Positions 40,136-50,098 are shown, numbered from the stretch's first letter. The stretch is 64,000 bases of DNA from an uncultured Actinomycetota bacterium (GCA_963834315.1 CAWIAY010000002.1:4730-68729), one strand, 5' to 3'. Numbers and translations: made by a program. Notes: generated by a model not told the origin, from the sequence alone.

Positions 40136-42765
40136 CCGACCCGCAGGTCCCCAGTGTCACCGGGACGGTGCGCCAGCGGCTCGCCCTGCGCACCCGGGCC
40201 CGCGCCGCCCGTGAGGCGGTCACGTCCGCTCGCTACGCGCGCTGGCGCGAGCGGCCCGTGGCGCCGCGGACGGTGATGTACGAGTCCTTCTCCGGCAACG
40301 GGATGCTCGACAACCCCGAGGCCATCTTCCGGCACCTGCTGACCCAGCCGGACATGAGCGACCTGCAGCACATCTGGGTCCTCGACGACCCGGCGAAGCA
40401 TCCCGAGGTGCTCGAGGAGTTCGCCGACAACCCGCAGGTGAGCTTCGTCAAGATCCTCTCCGACGGCTACTTCAAGGCCCTGGCGACGTCGCAGTACCTC
40501 GTCAACAACGCGACCTTCCCCCAGCAGCTGGCCAAGCGCCCCGAGCAGACCTACCTCAACACCTGGCACGGGATCCCCCTCAAGCACATGGGATTCGACC
40601 TGCCCGGTGGCGGCGCGCTCTCGCGCAACGTCATCCGCAACTTCCTGCAGACCGACTTCGCGATCAGCGCCTGCGGGTTCATGACCGAGACGATGTACCG
40701 GCGCGCCTACCGACTCCAGGGGATCTTCCGCGGAGCCGTGATCGAGGAGGGGCACCCGCGCACCGACCGTCAGGTCGAGGCGGTCAAGGATCCCACTGCC
40801 GTGATGGAGCTGCTCGAGGAGCGCGGCTGCCGGATCGACGGCCGTCACGTCGTGCTCTTCGCGCCGACCTGGCGCGGTGACTCCTTCCAGGACCCGCGGG
40901 TCAACGCCGGGCAGCTGCTGGCGACGGTCAAGGACCTCCAGAAGTCCCTCGACCCGACGACCCACGTGGTGCTGCTGAAGGTCCACCAGGCCGTCTACGA
41001 CGCGGTCAAGCAGCGCGTGGGCGAGTGTGACTTCCTGGTCCCCAACAGCGTCCCGACCAACCAGACCCTGGCCGTCGCCGACCTCCTCGTCACCGACTAC
41101 TCCTCGATCTTCTTCGACTTCCTCGCCACCGGGAGGCCGGTGGTGCACTACGTCCCCGACCTCGACGACTACCGGTCGGGGCGCGGGCTCTACCTGGACG
41201 AGACCGACCTTCCCGGCCCGGTCTGCGCGACCATGCCCGAGCTCGTCGAGGCCGTCGGTGCCGGCCTGGCCGCGGGCCCCGCCGACCGGTCTGCCGAGCT
41301 CGCCCAGGTCTACAACCCCAAGGACGACGGGTCGGTCTGCGAGCGGGTCGTCGACATCGTGTTCCGTGGACACGAGGACCCCTACACGGTCCACCGTGAC
41401 TTCGGCACCGACAAGGAGACGCTGCTGGTCTACCTCGGCAGCCTCAAGACGCAGGGCATCACCACCTCGGCGCTCAACCTGCTGCGCAACCTCGACTACG
41501 ACAAGTACGACGTGACCGCGTTCTACACCTTCTCCAAGGGTCGTGACCGACTCAAGAACGCTGCCCTCGTGGACCAACGCGCGCGCGTCATCCCCCGGGC
41601 GATCCAGTTCAACGGTTCGCCGGCGCGCGTGCGCCGCGAGACCAAGAAGCTGATGGAGCACGGCCTGCCCGAGCAGCTCAGCGCCGATCACGTGAGGTTC
41701 TGGACCGACGAGTGGCAGCGGGTCTTCGGGCACGCCCGGTTCGACCACCTGATCGACTTCAGCGGCTACGGCTGCTACTCGCCCTTCCTGTTCTCGGTGA
41801 CCGAGGCCAAGCACAAGTCGATCTGGCTGCACAACGACATGTACGCCGACATGCAGCGTGAGACGGTCGGCGAGAAGCATCTCGAGGACCGGTTGCAGGC
41901 CGTGTTCACGACGTACAAGTACTTCGACCACCTCGTCTCCGTCTCACCTGCACTCGAGGCCATCAACCGGACCTCCCTCGCCGCCTTCGCACCGCCGGAC
42001 CGGTTCACTCATGCGGTGAACACCATCGACGGGGACCGGATCCTCCAGCTGTCCGGCCTGACTGCGGCGCAGGCAGCCGCCAAGGCCGACGGTGAGGACG
42101 TCGGGTCCGTCCGGCCCCGCGACCTGGTCGAGATCGACCCGACCAACCTCACCTCCACGATGTCCGTCCTGCTGGAGCACTTCGCTGTGGAGGACGTGCT
42201 CCGCGAGGCTCGTGGGCGGCTGCGGCTGGCCAACCAGCCGGCCGCCACGGCGGGCACCGTCACCTTCGTGACGATCGGCCGGCTCTCGCCGCCGAAGAAC
42301 CACACCCGGATGATCAAGGCCTTCGCCAAGGTCCACGAGCGCAACCCGCACATCCGGCTGGTGATCATGGGCTACGGACCGCTCGAGCAGGACCTGCAGA
42401 CCCTCATCAACAGTCTGGGCATGGAGTCGGCGATCACCCTCGCCGGACTCGTCGACAACCCCTACGCGATCCTCGCCCAGAGTGACTGCTTCGTGCTGTC
42501 GAGCGACTACGAGGGTCAACCCATGGTGATCCTCGAGGCGCGGACCCTGGGGCTCCCCGTCGTCACCACGGCGTTCTCCTCGGTCAGCGATGCCGTCCCC
42601 GACACCGCGGGACTCGTCGTCCCCCAGTCGGTCAAGGGCGTGGCGAGCGGGTTGCAGGCCTTCCTCGACGGCTCGGTCCCGGCCGAGGTCCTCGACACCG
42701 TCGACTACAACACGCTGGCCATGCGCCAGTTCGACGCCGCGATCCACCATCGCCCCGGCGGCTGA
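40132..42765 (+). CDS. Bifunctional CDP-glycerol glycerophosphotransferase (TagF-like) / GT4 glycosyltransferase
   Basis: NTWHGIPLK, GHPRTD, FAPTWRG, KVHQ, TDYSSIFFD. C-terminal TIGRLSPPKNH, SDYEGQPMVILEA. Confidence 0.88.
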   Translation: MTDPQVPSVTGTVRQRLALRTRARAAREAVTSARYARWRERPVAPRTVMYESFSGNGMLDNPEAIFRHLLTQPDMSDLQHIWVLDDPAKHPEVLEEFADNPQVSFVKILSDGYFKALATSQYLVNNATFPQQLAKRPEQTYLNTWHGIPLKHMGFDLPGGGALSRNVIRNFLQTDFAISACGFMTETMYRRAYRLQGIFRGAVIEEGHPRTDRQVEAVKDPTAVMELLEERGCRIDGRHVVLFAPTWRGDSFQDPRVNAGQLLATVKDLQKSLDPTTHVVLLKVHQAVYDAVKQRVGECDFLVPNSVPTNQTLAVADLLVTDYSSIFFDFLATGRPVVHYVPDLDDYRSGRGLYLDETDLPGPVCATMPELVEAVGAGLAAGPADRSAELAQVYNPKDDGSVCERVVDIVFRGHEDPYTVHRDFGTDKETLLVYLGSLKTQGITTSALNLLRNLDYDKYDVTAFYTFSKGRDRLKNAALVDQRARVIPRAIQFNGSPARVRRETKKLMEHGLPEQLSADHVRFWTDEWQRVFGHARFDHLIDFSGYGCYSPFLFSVTEAKHKSIWLHNDMYADMQRETVGEKHLEDRLQAVFTTYKYFDHLVSVSPALEAINRTSLAAFAPPDRFTHAVNTIDGDRILQLSGLTAAQAAAKADGEDVGSVRPRDLVEIDPTNLTSTMSVLLEHFAVEDVLREARGRLRLANQPAATAGTVTFVTIGRLSPPKNHTRMIKAFAKVHERNPHIRLVIMGYGPLEQDLQTLINSLGMESAITLAGLVDNPYAILAQSDCFVLSSDYEGQPMVILEARTLGLPVVTTAFSSVSDAVPDTAGLVVPQSVKGVASGLQAFLDGSVPAEVLDTVDYNTLAMRQFDAAIHHRPGG

Positions 42766-42778
42766 GCCGCTCAACCCC

Positions 42779-43354
42779 TCAGCGCAGCGGCACGAAGGAG
42801 TAGTGCCCGTGCTTGCTCACCCGCGGCCCCTGCGGCGTCCGGGTGACCCGGAGCATCCGCCCGTCCACCGGCGCCACCAGCACCCCGTCGTCGGCCAGCT
42901 GCGCCACGAGGGCGTCGGGTAGCGCAGCGGCCATCGCCGAGACGAGCACCCTGTCGTACGGCGCCCCAGCGGGCCGTCCGAGCACGTCCTCGTCGGCCTG
43001 CTCGATCCTGGCCCAGGGTCGACCGACCTTCGCCAGGTTCTCCGTCCCGAAGGAGACGAGCACCGGCTCGAGCTCGACCCCGAGCACCTCACCGTCGGGA
43101 CCGACGAGGTCGGCGAGCAGCGCCGTGGTCCACCCGGAGCCGGAGCCGACGTCGAGCACCCGCTGCCCCGGACGCACGTCGAGCAGCCGAAGCATCGCCG
43201 CCACGGTGCGCGGCTGGGAGCAGGTCTGACCGGCCGCGATGCGTACCGGCTGGTCCAGGGCGGCGAGGAAGCGGGCCGACTCGGGCAGGAAGCGCTCACG
43301 CGCTGTCGTCGCCATGGCGGCGGACACGCGGTCGCCGGGCTCCGTCTCGTCCAC
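42779..43354 (-). CDS. pcm: Protein-L-isoaspartate O-methyltransferase-like protein
   Basis: RERFLP, GQTCSQP..VA.ML, VLDVGSGSGWTTALL, APYDRVLVSA, GVLVAPV, YSFVPLR. Confidence 0.85.
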   Translation of the reverse strand: MDETEPGDRVSAAMATTARERFLPESARFLAALDQPVRIAAGQTCSQPRTVAAMLRLLDVRPGQRVLDVGSGSGWTTALLADLVGPDGEVLGVELEPVLVSFGTENLAKVGRPWARIEQADEDVLGRPAGAPYDRVLVSAMAAALPDALVAQLADDGVLVAPVDGRMLRVTRTPQGPRVSKHGHYSFVPLR

Positions 43355-43449
43355 AACTCCGAGTCAAGCACCGGGCCGGGGCGGGCGCACCTCGGCAGGG
43401 CGGCCACGTGGTGGTCAGGGGGTCGGGCGACCCGGAGGGCGGCGCCGGA

Positions 43450-46400
43450 TCAGGTCCACTCCGCGGCGACGACCCGCTCTGCGGCCCGGCCGTCGTCGAG
43501 CGGCAACAGCTGTTCAGCGAGGCTCCGTCGACCCTCGTAGACCGTGTCGAGGCCGTCAACCAACCACGGCACCAGCTCCTCGGTGCTCTCGGCGACGGGT
43601 CCCGGGGGCGTCCGGGTCACCTCGAGGAAGAAGCCGACGTCCTCGAACTCCTCGCGGTCGGGCAGGAAGAGGCCCACGGGCGTGTCCGAGGCGAGCACGT
43701 CGACCAGCAGCGAGGAGTAGTCGGTGACCACTGCATCGGCGGCGAGCACCAGGTCGGAGAGCTCGGGGTAGAGCGTCACGTCGAGCATCCCCGACTCCGG
43801 CGCGAGCACCTGACGGTTGGCGCTGTTGGGGTGTCCACGCAGCAGCACCGTGAGTCCGGGCACTGCCTCCTGCAGGACAGGTACGTCGATGTCGACCACC
43901 TTGGCGCGTCGCGTGTGCGCGCGGATCGCCTGGCGGGTGGTGGGCGCGACCAGCAGCACCGGTCCGTCGTCCAGCCCCAGCCGGCGGCGTACGTCGGCAG
44001 CACGCGCCTCCCGGCCCGCGGCCCGGTAGGCGTCCACGGCAGGATGCCCGACCTCGCGCACCTCGCCGGCGAACCCGGTGGCCTCCCGCATCCACGCCGT
44101 CGCCTGCGCGCTGCCGGTGTAGAGCACGTCCCAGGCCGCCACGTCGCTGTCGAGGCCGCGGATGCCTGCCGGACCGACGCCACCCGCCTCGACCGCGTGC
44201 CCGAACCGCAGCAGCGGAGTCCCGGACCACAGCTGAACCAACCGCTGACCCGGCGCCTTCTCGAAGATCCGGGGCATCGTCTGGTTGGTCAGCACGTGCG
44301 ATGCGGTGGCGAGGTGGTCGAACCAGTCCGCCGACTGGCGGAGCACCGGGGTGGTGCCCGATGGTACCGGGAGGCTCTCGTCCCGCAACGCCCAGACCAC
44401 CTCGAGATCGGGTCGCTGGTCGCACAGCGCCCGGACGACCGCTCCGCAGCCGTGCAGGAAGCCGCGCCCGACGAACGAGTCCACCAGGACCACGGGTCGC
44501 CGAGCCGCGGTCCGGCCGGTGGCATAGCGCCCACGGCGGAGCACCTCTTGACCGTGCCTGGTGTGGGTCTCGGTCTCGCTGCCGCGACTGCGCTCCAGGA
44601 CGAGCACGTTCCCCTCGCCGGCCCGCAACGACCACTGCGCGGACCCTGACGGCGCGTCCGCGGCGACGAGGGACGGGGGCGCCACCACCTCGCGTCCCTC
44701 CCCAGCCATCACGGTGTAGAGATCCCGGGGAAGCGGGAGCGCAGCATCGTCGAGAGGCGAGGCCCGGGTCAGCGGGATGGCGGCCGTCCAACGGCCGGAC
44801 TCGACCGTCAGTGGCAGCGCGGCCCGGAACCTCGGTCCCACCAGGGCCAGCTCATCCGGTGCGGAGCCCACCAGCGTTCCCGAGAGGACCAGCTCCTCGG
44901 GACCGAGCGTGACCTCCTCCGCCTCGAGCAGCCCCGGCAACGAGGACACGCGCACGAACCCGTCGGTGGCCAGCAGCACCCCCCGGTCGCCGGGGAGCCG
45001 GGTGACGCCGAGGTAGCCCAGGGTCACCAACGGTTGCGTGGTGTCGTCGCCGGTGTCGACCTGGATCCGCCGACCGGCGAGGGAGGTGACCGCGTGCGGT
45101 ACGTCGAGAAGGACGCGCCAGGTCGACGCGTCCGGGTCCACCTGACGCACCTCCCCGGCCGGCTCGTCCTGCACCCGCAGCGCCTGCGGGGTGATGCCGG
45201 GCGCGGAGCGCAACAACAGGACGAGACCGTCGGGGTCCGACTCCCACCCGGTCAGGACCACCCAGTCGCGCCGCACCGTCACCGTGACCCCCAGCCGGTC
45301 CGACCAGCCGGCCTCGAGGAGTGCGTCTCCGGACAGCCGTCGTTGCGGCACGAGCGCCGAGCCGTGCTCCGCACGCTGGCTGAACACGGAGTCCCGCGTG
45401 CTGCCGAGCGCCGTGCACTCGACGCGGGTCTGCCACACGGTGCGCGCGCCGGTCGACCGCTCCACCAGGTCCTCGATCGGCACCTCGGCCACGAAGCCGT
45501 CGCCGCGGTGGTCCTCGTAGTGGCGGTCGGCGAAGACGTTGGCGTCCTCGACTCGCAGCCCCCGGGTCGACACCCGCAGGAGCTCTCCCCCGGCCCTTCG
45601 TCGGAGGGTCAGCGTGACCTCGTGCGCATGGTCTGAGTCGACGTAGCGCGTCAGCCCCACCCCCCGCACCCGCAGCGCCGCGTCGTCCCAGCCGAGGTCG
45701 TCGAGCCTGGCCTCCACCAGCAGGTCCTTGTCGCCGACGACCAGCAGCTCCGGCGGGATGTCCTGCGGGAGTCCGAGAGCCTCGGTGTCCGCCACCAGGC
45801 CGAGTCCTTCGGCGCGCACCGGGATGTTGCCGGAGAGCAACGGCGACTCCAGGAGCCGGGTCAGCGTCTCCCTGCCGCCGTGGACCAGCGCCCAGGCCGC
45901 CAGCCGATGACGTAGGTCGACGTTGACCCACGCCTCGGCAGGTGCTCCGTCGAGGACGCGGGAGACGGTCTCGACCAGCGTGGCGTAGTAGTCGTCGTCG
46001 GCATCGAGGCTCGCGCGGATGTAGGCAAAGAGGTCGAACTCGAAGACCTTGCCGTACCAGCCCTGCAGCACCGCGGGACTGCCGCTCTCCCGCACCATCG
46101 TGGCCACCTCGTTGACGGCGAGCAGCCGGTCGGCGAGGTCGTCCTTGCGCGCCTTCTGCTGGGTGATGGACGAGCCGTCGCGGCGCGACCGCCACCGATA
46201 GACGATGTCGGGCAGGATGTCGAACCCGCGGGCCCTCAAGTAGGCGCGGGTGATCGGCACCTGGTCCTCGTAGCGCACTCCGACCGGGAAGCGCAGCCCG
46301 ATCTCGTCGACGAAGGCGCGCCGGAACACCTTGGTGCAGGCGAAGACGTTGGCCATCGCCTCCGGCGCCTCCTCCAGTCGGACGTCGCGCCGGAGCACCT

Positions 46401-46929
46401 GGTGGAGTCGCCGCGACCACGGCTTCTGCACGTAGGTGGTCGCGCTCTGCTGTCGCTCCAGAGCGCCGACGGAGAAGTCCGAGCCGCTTGCCCGCAGGCT
46501 GCGCACGTGCCGTGCGATGGCGTAGTCGGGCAGGGTGTCGTCGGAGTCGACGAAGGTGATCAGCTCGCCGCGTGCCTCGTCGATGCCCCGGTTGCGAGCT
46601 GCCCCCAGCCCGGCGTTGGCCTGTCGCACGATCCTGATCCGGTGGTCGCGGGCGGCGTACCGCTCGACGATGGCCATGGAGCCGTCCGGCGACCCGTCGT
46701 CGACGACGACGACGTCGAGGTGCGGATAGGTCTGACCGAGGATCGAGTCCAGACAGTCCTCGATCCACTCCTCGACGGCGTACACCGGGACGACGACCGA
46801 GACCGTCGGCTCTCCGGAGACAGCCGGGTGGCTCGGCGGGGCGGACTCTGCCCGGGCGGGCTCGCCGCGGGCGCGCAGGCGCGAGACCAGTCGTCCGGCC
46901 AGTCGACGTGGCGCGCCCGGCTCCTCCAC
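43450..46929 (-). CDS. GT2 (intact) + linker domains + degenerate TagF-like domain
   Basis: VVPVY..VDDGSPD..AARNRG..FVDSDD..YEDQVP. TagF-like part reads QLWSGTP, GHPAVD, VAPTTR, TDYSS. Start placed at GTG 46929 after GAAAGGGAG; the ORF track start is 46965. Confidence 0.82.
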   Translation of the reverse strand: MEEPGAPRRLAGRLVSRLRARGEPARAESAPPSHPAVSGEPTVSVVVPVYAVEEWIEDCLDSILGQTYPHLDVVVVDDGSPDGSMAIVERYAARDHRIRIVRQANAGLGAARNRGIDEARGELITFVDSDDTLPDYAIARHVRSLRASGSDFSVGALERQQSATTYVQKPWSRRLHQVLRRDVRLEEAPEAMANVFACTKVFRRAFVDEIGLRFPVGVRYEDQVPITRAYLRARGFDILPDIVYRWRSRRDGSSITQQKARKDDLADRLLAVNEVATMVRESGSPAVLQGWYGKVFEFDLFAYIRASLDADDDYYATLVETVSRVLDGAPAEAWVNVDLRHRLAAWALVHGGRETLTRLLESPLLSGNIPVRAEGLGLVADTEALGLPQDIPPELLVVGDKDLLVEARLDDLGWDDAALRVRGVGLTRYVDSDHAHEVTLTLRRRAGGELLRVSTRGLRVEDANVFADRHYEDHRGDGFVAEVPIEDLVERSTGARTVWQTRVECTALGSTRDSVFSQRAEHGSALVPQRRLSGDALLEAGWSDRLGVTVTVRRDWVVLTGWESDPDGLVLLLRSAPGITPQALRVQDEPAGEVRQVDPDASTWRVLLDVPHAVTSLAGRRIQVDTGDDTTQPLVTLGYLGVTRLPGDRGVLLATDGFVRVSSLPGLLEAEEVTLGPEELVLSGTLVGSAPDELALVGPRFRAALPLTVESGRWTAAIPLTRASPLDDAALPLPRDLYTVMAGEGREVVAPPSLVAADAPSGSAQWSLRAGEGNVLVLERSRGSETETHTRHGQEVLRRGRYATGRTAARRPVVLVDSFVGRGFLHGCGAVVRALCDQRPDLEVVWALRDESLPVPSGTTPVLRQSADWFDHLATASHVLTNQTMPRIFEKAPGQRLVQLWSGTPLLRFGHAVEAGGVGPAGIRGLDSDVAAWDVLYTGSAQATAWMREATGFAGEVREVGHPAVDAYRAAGREARAADVRRRLGLDDGPVLLVAPTTRQAIRAHTRRAKVVDIDVPVLQEAVPGLTVLLRGHPNSANRQVLAPESGMLDVTLYPELSDLVLAADAVVTDYSSLLVDVLASDTPVGLFLPDREEFEDVGFFLEVTRTPPGPVAESTEELVPWLVDGLDTVYEGRRSLAEQLLPLDDGRAAERVVAAEWT

Positions 46930-47009
46930 TCGAGCTCCCTTTCGTGGACCCTCATGAACTGCCACGGCAGCCTATCGAGTCGCCTCGCGGGGACCGCAGC
47001 CCCGTCGCC

Positions 47010-50000
47010 TCAGATCTGGGAGAGCAACCAGTCCACGGCGCGCACGGAGGCCCGCCCGTCGTCCCAGGGGTTGAACCTCGCCCGGAGGTCGGCACGCGCC
47101 CCCGCATGGACGTCCTCCGCCGTCAGGGCCGCGGCCACCTCGTCGGTGTCGGCAACCATCGGGCCCGGCGCCGCCTCCTCGAGGTCGAAGTAGAAGCCGC
47201 GCTCCACGTCGCGGTACTGCTCGAGGTCGGGAACGAGGAGCAGCTGTGGCTTGTCGGTGAGCGCGAAGTCGAACATGACCGAGGAGTAGTCGGTGACGAG
47301 GACGTCGGCGACGAGGTACAGGTCCGCGATGTCGGGGTAGCGGGTGACGTCCCGGATCCGCGCGTGGTCGATGAAGACATCGGCCTGGTGGGTGCTGTTG
47401 TAGTGGCCCCGCACGAGGACCACGGCGTCGGGCACCGAGCCGATCAGGGCCGGTGCATCGAGGTAGAGCGGCTTGGCGTCGCGCACCCCGACGTACTCCC
47501 GCCACGTCGGGGCGTACAGCACGACGCGGTCGCTGTCGCTCAGCCCGAGCCGGGCACGCACCCGGGTGCGTACGACGTCGGCGCGTGTCGGGTCGAGGAG
47601 CACGTCGTTGCGGGGGTAGCCCACCTCCAGGAACCGCCCATCGAAGCGGAACGCGCTTCGGAAGTGCTCGGAGCAGAACGGACTCGGCGAGATCATCGCG
47701 TCCCAGCCCGCTGCCTGGAGAGCCATCCGGCGTCGATGCCGCCAGGTTGCGAAGTCGCCGGGCCCGCGATCCTCCCCGATCCGCTTGAGAGGGGTGCCGT
47801 GCCAGGTCTGCAGGTGGATCTGTCCGGTCCTCTTCTGCCACCAGTGCGGCGCGCCGGCATTGCTGACGAGCACCCGCGCCCGCGCGAGGGCGTCGTACCA
47901 CCGTTCGGAGCGACGGGGCAGCGCGCGCGTGCCCTCAGGCACGACGACGCTCGGATCGTCCACCACCCAGGCGAGGTCGAGGTCCAGCCCGCGAGCCATG
48001 ATCTCCCGCCCGATGGCCCCCGGACTGTCGCCCACGGAGCGTCCGCGGAACGTCTCCAGGAGCACCAGCGGCGAGGAGGACGTGCCGGGTGCGGCGTAGA
48101 CACCGCTCTGCAGCCGCTGCTGGTCGTAGGCGCTCCGCTCGTCGTGGCCCAGCGGAGCCGACACCGTCAGCGTCGGGCCCTCGCTCGAGTCGGACCTGAC
48201 CACTCGCAGGCGCTCCCCGATCAGCTCGCCCTGGGGGGATGCGGCGTCCCAGACCGCCTCCACCGCTGCGTAGCCGGAGGCAGCGGCCTGCTCGACCTGG
48301 ACCACGTAGCGCCCCGCCGGCAACAGCACGCTGCTGCCGAAGAGGTCCGTGACCAGGGGAAGACGCACCGTCCACGAGCCCGGCACACCCTCGGTCGGTA
48401 AAGGGACCGCGGCGGCGGCACCCTTGGTGCCGGCGAGTCGCACCGAGGCCGGCACGCTCGCGGACCCGGCGCCGGTGAGCACCAGCACCGGTTCCGCGCC
48501 GGAGTCGTCCAGCTCGACCGCGCGCAGGGTCGCCACGTCGTCCGGCGGCGGCGTCGTGATCGCCACCTCGTGAGAGCCGGCGCGCCGTCCGAGGTGCACG
48601 TCGACTCGCCAGGGACCGTCGGGTCCCCCCGGTTCGAGCCCGGGTTCGAGTCGCGCGGTGAAACCGACGTCGGCGCGATCCTCCCAGGCCCGTCGCGCCC
48701 ACAGGTTGAGGTCGGGGTCGGCCCGGGGCTGCACGTGCATCGGCACCTGCCGCCCGTCCGGGGAGGCGAGCGTGACCGAGGGCGGGGTCGCTCGCTCGCC
48801 GTACTCCACGAAGGCGGCGCCGTTGATGCGGAGGCTGCCGGTGTCGTCGCGGCGCATCGTCCCCACCACCGTCCGGAGGACCCGGTCGACCTGCTCGATC
48901 CGGCGCACTGCGTCGGGAACGGGAACAGCGAGGCCGGCCGGGAGCCGGACCACCTGGGCGCCCTCGGCCGAGCGCTCGCAGGGCAACCCGTGCGGGTTGT
49001 CGGCCAGCAGGTCCTGCATGAGCGCGAGGTCGTGCAGCGAACCTTGCGAGGCCCGGCTCAGCATCCGGGCAGCGACCGGGACGTCGGCCAGCGCTCCCGG
49101 CCCGGTGTCCGCGACGAGGTCGCGCACCAGAGGGGAGAGCAGCTCGAGGGTGCGCTGGCCGCCGCCGATGGTGTCGACGAGCAACCCGGGCAGCACATGC
49201 GTCAGGGTCAGGACCAGCCACCGTCGGTAGATCGCGGGGTCCGTCGCGGCCACGAGCCGCGCCACCTGCCGCAGTGCGCCGACCCGAGCCGCCACCACGG
49301 AGGGACGGAAGCGGGCTTGTTCATCGACCGGGAGGGACGCATCCCGCGCGTGCACGACGTACGCCGGACCGGGAACCACCTCGAAGCTGGTGGAGGCCAG
49401 CAGCATCCGGACCGCCGGCACCTCGCGGGCCGTCCAGTCGGCGACGGACTCACCGACGGCGCGCCAGGCCTGGGTGCGGAAGAGCGATCCGACCAAGTCG
49501 GCGCCGACGACCGCGTCGGGACACGACCCCAGGGTCTGCACGGAGAGCCGCCCGGCGAAGAGGGTGCCGACCCACGGACGTGGCCGGATCACCCCACCCC
49601 GCGCCGTCGCGACCGGTCCGAGCGCCAGCTGCGAGTCCGATGTCTCCAGGGCCTGGACCAACGACCCCAGGGCACCGGGCTCGACCACGTCATCGGCGTC
49701 CGCGAAGGCGAGGTAGGTCCCCCTGGCCGCGGCCACGGCCCCGTCGACGCCGGCTCCGTCCAGCGGCAACGCGCGCACGCGTCGATCCGTCGACCGCGCG
49801 GCAGCAGCGGCTCGCTCGGCAGCGGGGTCCAACGGCGCCAGCAACACCTCGACCTTGTCGTGGCCGGCGTCGAGGAAGGACGCGACGCAAGCGTCGAGGA
49901 AGTTCGCCGGTCCGTGCACCGCGACGACGACGCTCACGACCGGGCCGGTCGCAGTCCACTGAGTGCGGGCACGCTCGGCGGTTCGCGCCGCTCGGCGGCG

Positions 50001-50054
50001 CAGGGGACCCAGCAGACTCGTCGCGGAACGTCGGACTCGGCTCACGCCGGTCAT
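47010..50054 (-). CDS. Degenerate GT2 + linker domains + intact TagF-like CDP-glycerol glycerophosphotransferase
   Basis: QTWHGTPLKRIG, GYPRND, YAPTWRE, RGHY, TDYSSVMFD are intact. The N-terminal GT2 lacks DDGS, RN.G and ED motifs. Confidence 0.84.
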   Translation of the reverse strand: MTGVSRVRRSATSLLGPLRRRAARTAERARTQWTATGPVVSVVVAVHGPANFLDACVASFLDAGHDKVEVLLAPLDPAAERAAAAARSTDRRVRALPLDGAGVDGAVAAARGTYLAFADADDVVEPGALGSLVQALETSDSQLALGPVATARGGVIRPRPWVGTLFAGRLSVQTLGSCPDAVVGADLVGSLFRTQAWRAVGESVADWTAREVPAVRMLLASTSFEVVPGPAYVVHARDASLPVDEQARFRPSVVAARVGALRQVARLVAATDPAIYRRWLVLTLTHVLPGLLVDTIGGGQRTLELLSPLVRDLVADTGPGALADVPVAARMLSRASQGSLHDLALMQDLLADNPHGLPCERSAEGAQVVRLPAGLAVPVPDAVRRIEQVDRVLRTVVGTMRRDDTGSLRINGAAFVEYGERATPPSVTLASPDGRQVPMHVQPRADPDLNLWARRAWEDRADVGFTARLEPGLEPGGPDGPWRVDVHLGRRAGSHEVAITTPPPDDVATLRAVELDDSGAEPVLVLTGAGSASVPASVRLAGTKGAAAAVPLPTEGVPGSWTVRLPLVTDLFGSSVLLPAGRYVVQVEQAAASGYAAVEAVWDAASPQGELIGERLRVVRSDSSEGPTLTVSAPLGHDERSAYDQQRLQSGVYAAPGTSSSPLVLLETFRGRSVGDSPGAIGREIMARGLDLDLAWVVDDPSVVVPEGTRALPRRSERWYDALARARVLVSNAGAPHWWQKRTGQIHLQTWHGTPLKRIGEDRGPGDFATWRHRRRMALQAAGWDAMISPSPFCSEHFRSAFRFDGRFLEVGYPRNDVLLDPTRADVVRTRVRARLGLSDSDRVVLYAPTWREYVGVRDAKPLYLDAPALIGSVPDAVVLVRGHYNSTHQADVFIDHARIRDVTRYPDIADLYLVADVLVTDYSSVMFDFALTDKPQLLLVPDLEQYRDVERGFYFDLEEAAPGPMVADTDEVAAALTAEDVHAGARADLRARFNPWDDGRASVRAVDWLLSQI

Positions 50055-50067
50055 CCTGACAGCAGCA

Positions 50068-50098
50068 GACGCCCGGGAGCCCTCAGGTCCCGGGCGTC
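50068..50098 (-). terminator. Probable intrinsic terminator after the osmoprotectant ABC operon
   Basis: Perfect 11-bp stem GACGCCCGGGA / TCCCGGGCGTC with a 9-nt loop, 24 bp past the stop at 50122. Confidence 0.7.

Noticed and set aside
42779-43354. pcm gene among glycan genes as part of the polymer system
   Set aside because: It has typical protein-repair motifs and nothing links it to the polymerases beyond position.
3685-50054. Glycan blocks as a prophage, ICE or transposon
   Set aside because: No integrase, transposase, tRNA target or terminal direct repeats were recognised, and no obvious GC shift was visible by eye.
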